Shown here one piece after another: positions 1-12,763 of a stretch of 64,000 nt of DNA. This DNA is from Trichoplax adhaerens. Its lineage: Eukaryota > Animalia > Placozoa. The position numbers and the translations under genes are program-made. The stretch lies in contig NW_002060943.1 of NCBI RefSeq assembly GCF_000150275.1, positions 9,456,209 to 9,520,208 on the forward strand. Direction: 5' to 3'. Every line of letters begins with the position of its first letter. Position 1 is the stretch's first letter. The notes below the pieces were generated by a model. That model had not been told where the DNA came from and searched no databases. It was given only the letters and a program-made list of their open reading frames with translations.

Positions 1-1503
1 CGTAATTGGATGCTATCAGTTATTCATTTTTATGATGATTTTAATTGTTGCTAATGTTTCGTTAGTAAGTATATTATTGTATCTCATTAAGCGTATGCGT
101 ACTAATTTGGGTACATGGAGACACATTAGCGCCAATATTGTAATATTTCTAGCTAAAACTGAAGTGACCCGCGCGAGATATGGTTATATTTCTATTGGAA
201 TTTGATATTTAGCTGAGGGACAGATTCCGTTTAATGCATTCGTACAAGCATTCACATTTTACTATTTGAATCGTAACATACGCGTATAAATCTTTGTAAA
301 ACGAAAATATTCTGCAATTTTTACCTTCAGATGATTCAGGAATCCTATCGTGCCAATAATATATAAATATTAAAATCGACCTTTAATTATTGGATAGAAA
401 CAAAAAATCAAAATTTAGAGTGTTAAAAAAAAATTTTAAATAATCACTGCGACGTATGTAAATGAGTTGCTTTAATATGAGTTTTTGTTTTCAATAGATG
501 CGTATGTTTCTAACCTTTAGAGGTAAATTAGTGTATGCTCGTATAAGACGATTAGTAATACATATTCTAATCTGATAGTTATCTGTAACCTGCCACTTAC
601 TTCAAAATCTATTGTTCGATTCCTTTTATTTATAGAATGACCTATACTTCGAGTTTTTGTACACAAAGTTTATTGTTGAGCTTCTTGTATCATATAGGGA
701 ATGGTATCAAGTTTAAAAATTACGCAAGTATCGATTAGTAAAGCAATACCATAGACTACAATCAAGCCGTAGAGGAATTCTTACCATGCTATAGCGTAGA
801 TGGAAATATGCCTTTAAATTACCATGGTTTTCGTTACCTAAAGAAGATGGAATACTATCACTATTATTATTACGAGGCAATTGTTATGAAGAGGTATACA
901 GTATCTAGGATTACTGATAACAAGCTAAATCTAAGGTAGGTATTCTAATTTTATGATAATGCCTGTAAATTTTTTTGTTTGGAAAGTGAAAGGCTTAAAT
1001 TGGTATAGAATTTCGGTAAGGTCTGGATTTCTTTTAATCCAGATAATTACTAATAAGCTATAACATTAAATTTTCTAGGTCATATCAGTAACATTCTCGA
1101 ACAACTAGAGAATCAATATCGACTTCTAAACTTTAATGTTCATAGTTCTATTAAACTTGAATGGCACAATAGGGTCTGTATCCAGAATAGCTTCTAATAA
1201 TATACTTAAACTTCGAAGGTATTCAATAATTTGATTATTTTACATTAAATGTTAAAATTTCGTTTCAGTTAAGCAATATTTTTATTATATTTCTGCGATA
1301 TAGTTGTATAAATACATTGCGAAATTTTCATTTGCTAGCAAACAGAAGAAGGCATAAAGACATATTCTGTCATCTCAAATGGTTATCATAGGTTCTAAAT
1401 TTGTAACCAGTCTTTAATCTCTATGAGAAAGCTCGTCCAGCTGATATTAAATTATAGATATTTCAATATACAGCTATATTATTTAGATGGTTGACTTACT
1501 AGC
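1..1503 (+). CDS. Possible 3' part of an unidentified multi-exon gene (partial, speculative)
   Basis: Several AG/GT-bounded open segments can be joined, e.g. ~796-936 VDGNMPLNYHGFRYLKKMEYY..., ~1089-1173 NILEQLENQYRLLNFNVHSSIKLEWHNR, ~1339-1391 QTEEGIKTYSVISNGYHR. No family recognised. Confidence 0.25.
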
Positions 1504-2024
1504 TCGCACTAATTGACCACTTTGTACACAAGTGCAATCAGAAAGTCGATAGTAGATTGATGAGTATATGCGAACATTCCTTCTAAAATATTCTTGAGCG
1601 AGTCATATGAACTCCATTTATAATTCATTAATATATTTAAAACTAGACGAAATTAAGCTATTTATAATGTAATAAATGCTCCTTAGTTTAAATATTAGAA
1701 ATTATGTGAATGAGGTAATCCAAATAATAACTAACGTATCGCGCAAGGATTAATGTCAAGTTATTATATGTTATAGTTATGCATTCGAAAGAATCAAACA
1801 AACAAGTAGAACAAAATAAAGTTATTTATTATTCTACTGCACCACAAAGTTAACTGACAAAGAAAAGAATTATTGTAGAGCAATACAGCTTAAATAATAA
1901 ATACATATTATAATTCACCCACGATACAGAACATAGCTACAATATGCTATATCTTAGAACTATCGTATCATACCGAAAAAGTACGTAATCAACCACAGTA
2001 TACAGTAATTATCATAAAATATAA

Positions 2025-2194
2025 NNNNNNNNNNNNNNNNNNNNNNNNNNNNNNNNNNNNNNNNNNNNNNNNNNNNNNNNNNNNNNNNNNNNNNNNNNNN
2101 NNNNNNNNNNNNNNNNNNNNNNNNNNNNNNNNNNNNNNNNNNNNNNNNNNNNNNNNNNNNNNNNNNNNNNNNNNNNNNNNNNNNNNNNNNNNNN
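2025..2194. other. Assembly gap (170 N)
   Basis: Run of N. Confidence 0.99.
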
Positions 2195-2517
2195 GTCTAC
2201 AATCAGACATGAATCATCACTACATTTTACAGTATTAATCAAACTGCTTACAATATTATTACTTTACCATTAATGTCCAACACCGTAAGGTATTGGGCAT
2301 CTTTACAATCTTAGTATTTCAAGTCGTATAACGTCCTGTACCATAATTAGTTAACAGCTATATTAGTGAATAACACTTTCTAATATAGTAGTTACCAGTC
2401 ACCTAAATCTAGCAGCACAAGAATATCTATTTTTAGAAACTTAACTATTCTAAATATAGTACACAACACAATCAAATATAGCTATCGCTACAAGCAAATA
2501 TAGGGTGCATCACTACA
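2195..2517 (+). repeat. Dispersed repeat, copy 1 (323 bp, direct copy of 48405-48727)
   Basis: GTCTACAATCAGACATGAATC...TAGGGTGCATCACTACA matches 48405-48727, with one mismatch seen (caagcAaata vs caagcGaata). Confidence 0.95.
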
Positions 2518-5235
2518 ACTCCTAAGATACATAATCAATGTTGATTGGTGACGAATATTTCTTGAACATAGATTGAATGGAAATTTCATTTCTTCAGTTG
2601 ATGAGGATTTATTGCTATACATAAAAATCAGATTTACTGGTATAAAATATCCTAAATATATGATAATAAGACATTGAAATAAGTATACTTCTTCTAAAGA
2701 TTTAGTTACGATATAGCTCATTTCTAGTCTGAATCAAATGGAATCTTTAACTCTGCAGATGGACTATTGTTATTAAGAAATAAAACTTATTAAAAATCTA
2801 TCTATTTTGGGAATGTATTAGGTACGTACTAACTATAAAATTTAGATTATTTATTAAACTCATCTATTATCATTTTCAATATTTGCGATCCAGTACTTAT
2901 TGTTTGAAACAATACAGCAAAAAATGCAGGTGAAACCAAAGCTTGATTATAAATGCTATATTTCTTATCTGAGGATTAAAAGAATAGTGATAAAAAAATG
3001 TCGCAAATACTTCCTTCTGAAGAGCTAGTCAAATTTCTCTCAAATACAAGTTAAGCATCCAAATTTTAATAAGATAGTCTTGATAGGCGTTACTATGCTT
3101 AGAGATAAAAGAATGATGATATCGAACTTGATATCCACTTTCAGCTAATAAAATAAACTGCTATAAAATAAAAGATACTAATAGTAAACCCAGCTATATT
3201 TTAGCTTATAAAGTACAATTACAAGAAATTTCAACAGGCAGCGATTAACGATTTTTTGCAGAATAAAAGGAAATGAATTTTTTGACACTTTAAGATAAAT
3301 TCTAATACTTAGAATGGAATAATTCAGGCAAATGAGTATACAAAGGATCTCATACGCGTATTCACAGGTCCTAAAGAATTACAAATTATTAAAGATTATT
3401 TTACTAGATTATTATGCAGATAACGAAACGATTTATTATGATCTTTTTTAACGATGAATCTATTTTCATGGAAAAAATGTTAGCTATTTCTGCTCCCGAG
3501 CATTAGATTGATGTAACATTTTAGTAACCTTGCATAATATTATCTGAGATTATCATATCCTAAATGAGGTCATCAAATGAAATCATTTTTAAAAATTTGC
3601 TAAATTTAACCCTAAGCTGCTTGTTGTAGTTGAATATATAAACGATTCTTTTTGTCTTAGCTCTGCTATAAATAAATTCGATTATTTAACATTCATATAT
3701 TGTATAGTAGAAATAAAATAATTTCATACAAATATTAATTAACTAGTCTAAAGTTTGTCGTATATAAAATCAATTTGTATGCTTTTGATAAGTTTACAAT
3801 TTTATTCCTTTGTAGACTGCACTAGCAATAAAATTTCGAATGGAATATTTAAAGTATACTGTAAGTCGTATGATGCAGAGGTAACATCATCTGCAGCTAT
3901 AATGACTGAGTTTTACACTATAAGTCTATTATTTTGTATTGCTTTCCATAACCGAAAAATAATTGAATAAAATGAATGAGTCTACTATAATAGTCCTTGA
4001 TATAAAGCGAGATCGTTGTGGTTTTTTGTTCATGATTAAAGTCAACAGATAATCTGCATAATAATTTATGTAAAGATTTAGAATGTCACAGCTGTCAGTC
4101 AAGACTACAGTTACTTAATCAATCGATATTCACCGTGTATACAGAAAGAAAAAACTATATTTGATGTAAGATCAATTTAAGTCGCTGTTAAATATTTCTT
4201 ATTAATAGAACAAATATGTAGAAAAGCTATGGATAATGAGTCTGCAGCTACAAATGATAGATTATTGCAATTGTTTCGCGAAGAAATAATGTATAAAAAA
4301 TTAGATTATAAACCTACCACTTCCATAACTGTCCACACTTTCTATAGATATTATATGAAAGCTAATTCATGACAATCTTGTAAATCTGCGGGAAATCGTT
4401 ATCGATATTGATATTCTCTGAACTAGAAATGAACGATATTCAGTACACAATGAAAATGTTCAAGAGTATAAGTAGTTATCACAATACCTACAATCGATGA
4501 TTTTATTAAAGTCTAGATTAACGTTAGATGCAAATATTATAAAATGTTAATTAATTCATGACATGAATGTAGAAATTTTTCGTAAATCAAAATTCGCATG
4601 AACAGTATGGTAGTTAAGAGCTTTTGCTTAATTCCTTCTACATATTATTTAGATTGCTACTTTACACTGGAGCTTAGATTAGCATAGACAAAGATATTTG
4701 TAATTCTAGATATATTTTATAGGTGTTGTAGAAAAATAACAAAGAGAACTTTATTGTGTATATAAAATTGTGCTATACAGGGTTCTGATATATAGACAAC
4801 TATTTCCTTTGCATTCTTAACTATAGCGATAATTTATATTAACCAAGTTTTTTCCGTAAGTTTTGAGAAACAGAACGAAAGATATCGACAACTCATTCAA
4901 AAAATACAATTTTAGCGTAAGCACGCATTTACTTAAAGTATCTTGCGGTTTTACTGATTACATAATTATTTATCCAGTTGTCAATGCTTGATAAAAGTTC
5001 TTTAGGCTTGCTATGAGATTAAGATGTCACATATAATTTTTTTTAAGTTAATCCTGTGAACAGTGAAGATCATGACTGCAGGATTGTAGTAGTCTACAAT
5101 GGTAATTTGCTGTATCACAATATATAAATTTCGATTATCGTGGCAAATCGCAGAAAATCCAGCAGGGCAGATCTAGGAGATAGACAGACGGATACAGGGC
5201 TTCAAAAATCGCCAAGAGTTTAAGCATGCGCGAGT

Positions 5236-5249
5236 GTTTCCATAGCAAC
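5236..5249 (+). promoter_or_regulatory. RFX X-box
   Basis: GTTTCCATAGCAAC fits the GTTNCCATRGNAAC consensus and lies ~360 bp upstream of a ciliary MIP gene. Confidence 0.75.
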
Positions 5250-5609
5250 CAAATAGCATCATAATTAAAGTATCGGTACAAATTGCCGACAGGCTTGAAA
5301 TAATAGTGGGTTTCTAAAATTTAGAATACACATTACGGTATATGTATACGTATAACGACTAGATAAGTAATTCTTACTTATATATCACTACTTTACGAAT
5401 AGAACTTTAAATATAAAAAGGATACCATACTAATGAGTTCTCCTATGTTGTAGCGCGGCTAGTGATAATTTATAGCTCTAATAGTCCATGAAAATAGTTT
5501 ATAAATAAAGTAGGAGTTTTATCTTGTGTAATACGGCATCTCGATCAATACCAGGCATAGAACTTTTAGATTATTGATACTGGGGATTTCATAACTACTC
5601 ATTCGAAAC

Positions 5610-6164
5610 ATGGCGAGGCCTCATATGGATACTAGAAGGCAAAATTTTTGGACGGAGCTAATTCAGAAAGAAGATTACATCAGATTGACGTGGCATGAAA
5701 GGTTTCGAAGAATTAGAAAGGAGAAAGCGGAGCTCAATTTCGCTACTAAGCCAGTATATCGAAAAGAAATTACTAGGGCAATTCAAAGTGAGAAACTGCC
5801 TAAGTTGACAAATCTGGAGGCATCAAGTACGCTAACGCGTAAGATCAAAGTGGAAAGCGATAAAGTGGAAAGCGACGGTCCTTCTGCGTCAGCAGTTTTA
5901 TTCGAAATGCGCCCACCATCAAGTAAAACGAAGTCTTTACTTTATAAAGGGTATAGTGCTATTGGAGAAGGACGGGCAGCTTATTTGCAAGCCAGAAAAA
6001 TTGTTAATCCTGAAGGAAAATATGAGTTCCCTCTAACTTCGAGTCTCGAATACGGATGGAAAATTTCTGATGTTAATTCTGATATTAAACAAACAAAATT
6101 TGGTAGATCTAGAATTGTCAAAGATTCCTTTTATAGGTCTAATGGAGTCTTCGGTGGAAATTAG
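5610..6164 (+). CDS. SPMIP1: Sperm/ciliary microtubule inner protein 1 (ATP6V1FNB/SPMIP1 family), 184 aa, single coding exon
   Basis: Motifs RQNFWTELIQKE..RLTW, EMRP...LLYKGYS..GEGRAAYL..RK...PEGKYEFPLTSSLEYGW and DSFYRSNGVF match the family as recalled. Confidence 0.8.
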   Translation: MARPHMDTRRQNFWTELIQKEDYIRLTWHERFRRIRKEKAELNFATKPVYRKEITRAIQSEKLPKLTNLEASSTLTRKIKVESDKVESDGPSASAVLFEMRPPSSKTKSLLYKGYSAIGEGRAAYLQARKIVNPEGKYEFPLTSSLEYGWKISDVNSDIKQTKFGRSRIVKDSFYRSNGVFGGN

Positions 6165-8758
6165 TCTTTTATCATTAATGGATAACTAATAATTGTGCCA
6201 TATTAGGTCGTGCTTTTGGTAATTATGCTTTAATACATTGACAATATCTTAATTAGTATTGATCTATTTACGGTTAGCACTCACTATTCTTTACTAAACC
6301 ACCTACAATTGCTAATAAAATTTGGATGATAAAGATTAGTTCATACTACTACCTCTGTATCACCAATCCAAATCATGGTCGAGTGAGATTTTGTAATGAA
6401 TTAGCTTATCTAATCTGTAAGGAAAATTTTTTTTATAAGCTACCATGGCATGACACCAAAAATATCTTACAACTTATTTTCTTTAGATACTAGGGTATTC
6501 TAGACATTTATTCTACTGTAGAGCTTATGAAGCTGGAGAGCGTCAGCCTAGCACTTTCCTTTTAATTAATGATTATGTAATATACTGTAACACTGTATAC
6601 ACATTAGAAGAAATAGTTAGCTTGTCTTAGTATATCACAAGGGCGTTTTAAGTTTATAGTGTATACTGTCTTAAGATTGGCTCTTTTGTATTTATTGGAG
6701 CCTCTATGATTGCATTACTTTATATTTTATAAATAAATGATGTATTTCATAAGACTTTCTCCGGTTATGCACTTTAAACAATCCTGAAAATATAAAAATG
6801 TTTCACAATAAATCTAGATTGCTATGCTTTATTTAATCTCTATGAAACATAAATGTGAAGATTGGGTTCTGCACGAAAATAGATTATAAATTAAACAGTA
6901 ACAAATATGATATGATGACACAAGCATCATATGTATAACTGCAGCAAGGCAAAGAAGAGATACCTCTGCAGATTTGTATAATCTGAAGTTTCTGTTCAGT
7001 TATAAAGAAATTCTATTTGCTGAGTCGAATAAAGGGGAGTTTTCAAGAAATTAAACTACTAATAGCAAACTTTACTATTCTCTAACGTTCCAGTAAAGAT
7101 CGACTAATATAGCTTATAGCTATGTCGTCTGTATATTATGTCTTTATCGACGTCGGGATAAGCCGCATGCTCTAATCTCCGATATGAATGAGTTTAAGTA
7201 TTTAACAGATCAATATAATCAATACAATGCATTCTATACACGTACTAAATTAACATTTGATTACTTTTTCAAAATGCTAAACAGCTTATACGATCATACT
7301 CTTATTTGGCAACTTTGAAATTAATCAAAAAATATTTCTGTTGACTTTATTAACCATGGAGTTCTAGATATAGGGTAGGTATAAGGCATCTAGTAGTACA
7401 TTAGTCAATCAATTCAGGTAAAGATTCCTTACAGTTAGTGTATGTGATAATATTTCAATTCGTAATAGGATGTAAATTTAGGCTTGTCATTTTTTACGTG
7501 AATTGATTCTTTAATATATGACGATATTAAATTTAACGAACAAAATTTATCTACTTTGGAACTACACACTATATTATATGATACTATAATAAATCTGCGA
7601 TGAAGATAAATAACGGTAAATATTAAGGATTCTAACTAAATGATTTTGTAGATCAATAGAAATACTGTATCAGAGTACAACAACTTCGATAAGTTGTTTT
7701 ACCGTATTAACTGGAATAAAAATGGAGTACTTCTATTAGGATATAGTCTTAGTAATACAGTATTGCTATTTTATGATAATTGTAATCATTCGTAATATTT
7801 ATTTGTACATGAGCCTACAATATATCTTAATCTTTGGTCTTATTCTTCTTGTCTTTTGAAGCATAAATCTTCTGTTTTTATTCTCTTAAACGCTTATACG
7901 TGTATTGTTACCTTACAGTAAACTTATTTTTCTCCTATTCCGCACTCTTGTTGGGCGTAGAAGCTGCGATTATGAAAGTATTACATCTAGTTGCGATACT
8001 TTTGGGATCCTTGGGCCAAGGAATTTTGCTGCCATGTGATACTGTACGCATTGAACGCATCTATTTAACTATTTGTAAGATAGATTTTGGGAGTTTTCTA
8101 TATCATATATAGCCTGAATAAATATATTTCTGGTATTCCAAAGACCGTTTTTTAATTTACATTTGCCACGTTGTAAATCTTATATACATATAGAGTTTTA
8201 GCAAGAATAAATGTAAATCATCATGCAAATTTATACAGAACCCAATGTTGTGAGTCGCTTATGACATTCATATTATCATGGAATCATATTACGTCCAATG
8301 CTGCTGTCTGTGTAGGCTAAATGTATGGTACTTACATAGATAGCTGCTGAGAATAGTATAAGAAAAATGGGGGAGTTGTTTATATTAAACCATAGAAATA
8401 AGCACTTAGATATTCTCCGCTCATTTGGATAAAATTGTCAAACATAAGAGGTGTACAAAAACTAATATAAAATACTTTGCAATGTATCACAGTGCTGTAT
8501 ATCTACGCATATCGACAATGTAACGGTTATACTGAAGTAAAGCCATCCACAAAAGAAACCGCAGCAAGGACCGTTGCAGTTGTTTTTGACTTCTTCACCG
8601 AATATGGATAAAGTACTCCAAATTACGAAAATGTTCATTTTTCACCTATTGTTACAATAAGTTGTAATCACATATAGACTCAGTGAATTCAGTAACACGC
8701 AGAAATGCCTAGTTGAAATAGCCACAGCTCATCGTGTTCGGTGATCTTTTGCATCATC

Positions 8759-11553
8759 TTATTGACGGACACTGATACTATTCCGTTGATACGTCTTTAT
8801 TACTTCTAATAATTTTTTGATTTCAAATTGGTTTGAGGAAGGAAACTTTCCACTTTTTTCCATCTTTTGTAAGGCCAAACAATGCGAGATGCTTTGCCAA
8901 CTATTAAGCCAAGAGCTATCTAACGATTAGAACAATTTCAATATCATTTTTTAATGAATGAACTACTGTGCCACAAATACGACATATGCCCGTCAAGCTA
9001 TCTTAAGGATTAGGAAGACTGTTATTTTTTCGAATGTGTATTAAGATTGCTATTATAAGCTAAACGGAATTACCGTACGAACAGTATTGAGGGTAAAAGT
9101 TAAATTAATTTTTCAAATTTGTGCTGTCATGTAGATAACTTACTGGACCAAAAATATTACTATCTAAACTGTTACGTCCATCGCCCTCCACCCAACAGTG
9201 GCCCTTTGGTATTATTATACAGGGATACTTCGAGGAGGTACTAAAAAGGAAAGAATAAAATTAATAAGGTATCAAGGTTCCATCATTGCCTAAACTATAA
9301 TTAATGCCAAAGCAACAAACAAGTAGCATCTAACTTATATGGCTTTCTTGATTACATCAGCAACAACTAATAAACAGCATGTGATAGCACGTTTGGCTAA
9401 CAATGAGCCAAGAGTTGAAGGTAAAAGATATTTTAGTTCGCATGTTGCTTTGAATAGTAATAACTAACGAATGCAGATGTTATCTCTGAGTAGTGTTCTC
9501 TAGTTACTATCATATCTCAAGTAAGATCCACGGCTGTCTAGACAACTATGACGAATATGAGCTACCGTATCTGTTTAATCAGTTAGTGTTAAGTAATTAT
9601 ATAAATTCTACAATACAAACTTCTAGGACATACTTGTACAAAGAGAAAATTTTTGTGATATACGAGTTGAAATAGTTAAAATGTGAAGTAATACCATATC
9701 AACAGCCTACCAAACAGTTAGTTATTAGTGCTATGTGACGTGTGTTTGCTGAATGCTGAGTATTTCGAAAACCCTCTCTTTACTGTAAATCTAAATCTAG
9801 AGCCACTTATTTACAATATGTATTTTCTTCTACTTACAGTATTATAATTATTAAAATTCACAAAGAATGCGTTCGGCTTCCAACAAATAGAATAAAACTA
9901 CCAACTTTAATTATTAGTTTTCGATTTGACAGTATCAAGACAACATCAAACTCAATTTCGAATCTCAGCACCATAGCTTTGAGTTATTTATTCGTCAGAG
10001 GCATATTGATGATTATACTTATGTTATAATCGTACAAAGAACAGCTGACGACAAGCAGCTATTAAGTCAGCTTGTCGTTACTAGATTGTAGACAATACCT
10101 AAATGTTAATTTTTATTTACCTGATTCTGTCACCTTCAAGAGCAATAACTCTCTTAATTAAGAAAGTTGCTGGTTTCCGAGGATGACTATATTGCATCAT
10201 GGATAAGGAAACGATTATAAATTAAGTACTTTCTTTTCTAGCTTATGTGTTAATTTAATACGTTAAGAGTGGGTATAATACGTGAAGAATTGGGGCTGTA
10301 TACAGATATAAATTTTTTGTGATACGAGTGTACCTCTACCCAAAAAGTTGATGGGCTACATCTAGTATTAGAAGATTTACTTAATACAACATTTGCAACC
10401 GTGCACTATTAATGTAGAGTGTAATATCACTATGGAAAAAATACGGTAATACGAGTATCTACGTTAATTCGTATACTGTATCAGGTGTGAAGATAGGCAT
10501 CAAAATTGTAATCTAGCAACAACAAAGCTCTATCAAGCTTGATCATTCGACATACAGTAAGTAATTAATAAGTGCTAGTGCGCCTGCTTGCTCATATCAA
10601 TAGTTTGCAGTTGAAATCAAAAGATTATTGAACAAGAATGTAGATTTGCAGTATACTGTATACAGTTTAGTAAGCTGGAATGTCTTTAAGTTGAAAATAA
10701 CAGTTCAACGAAAGAGTGTACTGCAGATATCGCTACAAAGAAACTTACGTGAACGCCACTACATCTCCTCGTTTTATTTCGTAGTGCCGGATGGCCCACG
10801 TACTAAAAAATACGTAATCTTCTGATTTACCGCTCGGATTAAAAGTCGGCTAGCGAAGAAAGCAGGCAAACATTAAAAATACGAAGTGCTCTATTTTATG
10901 AAGTTTTGCACACGTACTATACATAAACGATCTTAGATTGAGAGTTGGCTTTTCTGATCAAGTTGTATAGAGCATGCATTCTATTTTTTTGCAGTATTTA
11001 CTACACTCTATTATACGGAGATGTACGCAAAAGGGTCAATTTTAGCCATACTATAAGGTATTAATCATAGCAGATGCGTTGCAATAGCATTAATAATAAA
11101 AAATTGGAATGTTCCTATTGCTCATTGCTGGAAACATCGAAACACAATTGTTGCTATTATAATGTAATTCATTATGTTTACGTTGAAGTCTTTTTATGCA
11201 GGATTAACTTCTTACGTATAAATCTATATGCAATTTCTGAACATATGCGTATAGTAGACTTATTGGATTTGTAAAGTAAATTTTCCCCAGTTGATCCAGA
11301 AATTATAATCCTCTACAGTACAGTATAGTATCATAATTTATCAGTTCAGCTGGTTTGCATCCATATACACAGATACTGTATTCCATAATAAATAATGAAT
11401 GTGATTCAGTACCGTCATTGATGAGCCATCGATTACTGATATGTACCCAATATAATTGCGGAAGGTACTTGCACCCACATAAGACACGGTAAAAATCATT
11501 AAACCTGAAAATGTAAATTCTTTGAGGTATGTCTTCCACTGCAAGTGTGCCAT
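8759..11553 (-). CDS. IMMP2L: Mitochondrial inner membrane protease subunit 2 (S26 peptidase), 5 coding exons
   Basis: Spliced: MAHLQWKTYLKEF...IDGSSMT / PTFNPSGKSEDYVFFSTWAIRHYEIKRGDVVAFT (~10748-10848) / HPRKPATFLIKRVIALEGDRI (~10122-10187) / CIIIPKGHCWVEGDGRNSLDSNIFGP (~9145-9240) / IALGLIVGKASRIVWPYKRW...*. Catalytic Ser (GSSM) and Lys (IKR) present. Confidence 0.93.
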
Positions 11554-12069
11554 TCTCTCTGGTTACAACTTGTCAAAGTACAGTTACGACTAATGATATT
11601 ACTGGGACAGTAAAATTGAGATCAATTTTATTTTATTTGCATTTACACTTGGATTAATATCATTGAATGAAAAGGGAAATCTGATAAAGCAAAGTACAAT
11701 ACTGCGGTACATTGATGCGAAGTATCACGAGTAGCAAACATTCTAATACGTGATCATCTGCAAGGCTGCAACTGTCCACGATTGTCAACATCCAACGGCC
11801 GCTGGTCGTCACCGGCAGAGTACTTACTATGGACTTTGTACAGTACTGTACTTGGCATTCATTATTTTGCATTAAACCACCACTTCGACTGTACACTTAG
11901 TATGGGTAGTCTGGTACTGTAATCCCTAATTTATTATGCACAGATGATTGGATGATCTGTTGACATATTCTCCATTAATTAAGTAGCGACTTCAGTAAAA
12001 TTGCGGGATTAATGAATATTTATGACTGATCAAAATACCTTTAGTACCGTATTTCTTCTAAAGGTATTT

Positions 12070-12660
12070 GGTTAATACAGTAGTGCCATGATACAGTGTA
12101 CAGTACTGTATACTGTATGACATACTGTATAAAGTACTGTACACTACAGTATACTGTACAGTACACAGTACTGTACTTCGATCTTTTGCATTCTGGTGAT
12201 CAGGACCTGATCCGGACCAGACTAGACCAGACCAGACTAGACCAGACCAGACCAGACCATGAAGACCTCTGTACTGTACTGTACAGTGTACAGTACTGTA
12301 CTCAGTGTACTGTAGTGCTTCGATCTTTTGCATTCTGGTTATCAGGACCGGATCCGGACTAGACCAGACCATGAAGACTACAGTACAGTACAGTACTGTA
12401 CAGTGTACAGTGTACAGTACCATACATCGTACTGTAAATAATAATACAAAGTACAGTACTTTACAGTACTATATACTGTACTTTACAGTATACAGTACTG
12501 TATTCTTGTTAGCAAAGTTTGGGTCTATTTCTCATACAAATTCATACAAGTTAGACACACAAACCTTCTATGACGTTTTTATGACACTCGATCCATACAG
12601 AATCGTACTGTACGATAGTATAGAACCTGCACACTGTTCAGTGTACAGTACACTACCGTT
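12070..12660. promoter_or_regulatory. CAGTA/TACTG pentamer island in the IMMP2L-RFT1 divergent promoter
   Basis: Dense TACAG/CTGTA/GTAC runs including the palindrome GTACAGTACTGTAC, between two head-to-head start codons. Confidence 0.75.
12176..12378 (+). repeat. Two cassettes CTTCGATCTTTTGCATTCTGGT.ATCAGGACC.GATCCGGAC-(YAGAC)n-CATGAAGAC
   Basis: Copies at 12176-12266 (8 x YAGAC) and 12318-12378 (2 x YAGAC), separated by TACAG filler. Confidence 0.9.
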
Positions 12661-12763
12661 CAGATTCAGCCGCAATCAGAGGCTCAGCTGAACGCAAATG
12701 CAAATGCAAATGCTGTTCTGCTAAACTAGTATCCCACAAAGTTATAGCAATATACTACGAAAG

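Noticed and set aside
3360-4690. Exon-like fragments (DCTSNKISNGIFKVYCKSYDAE; NVTAVSQDYSYLINRYSPCIQKEKTIFD)
   Set aside because: Could not assemble a coherent gene or recognise a family; possibly a degraded gene.
12058-12691. Y/C/T/V/Q/S-rich ORFs here and at 30538-30869, 45161-45753 and 48715-49022
   Set aside because: Translation artefacts of the stop-poor CAGTA/TACTG repeats (YSTVQYCTV), open on both strands.
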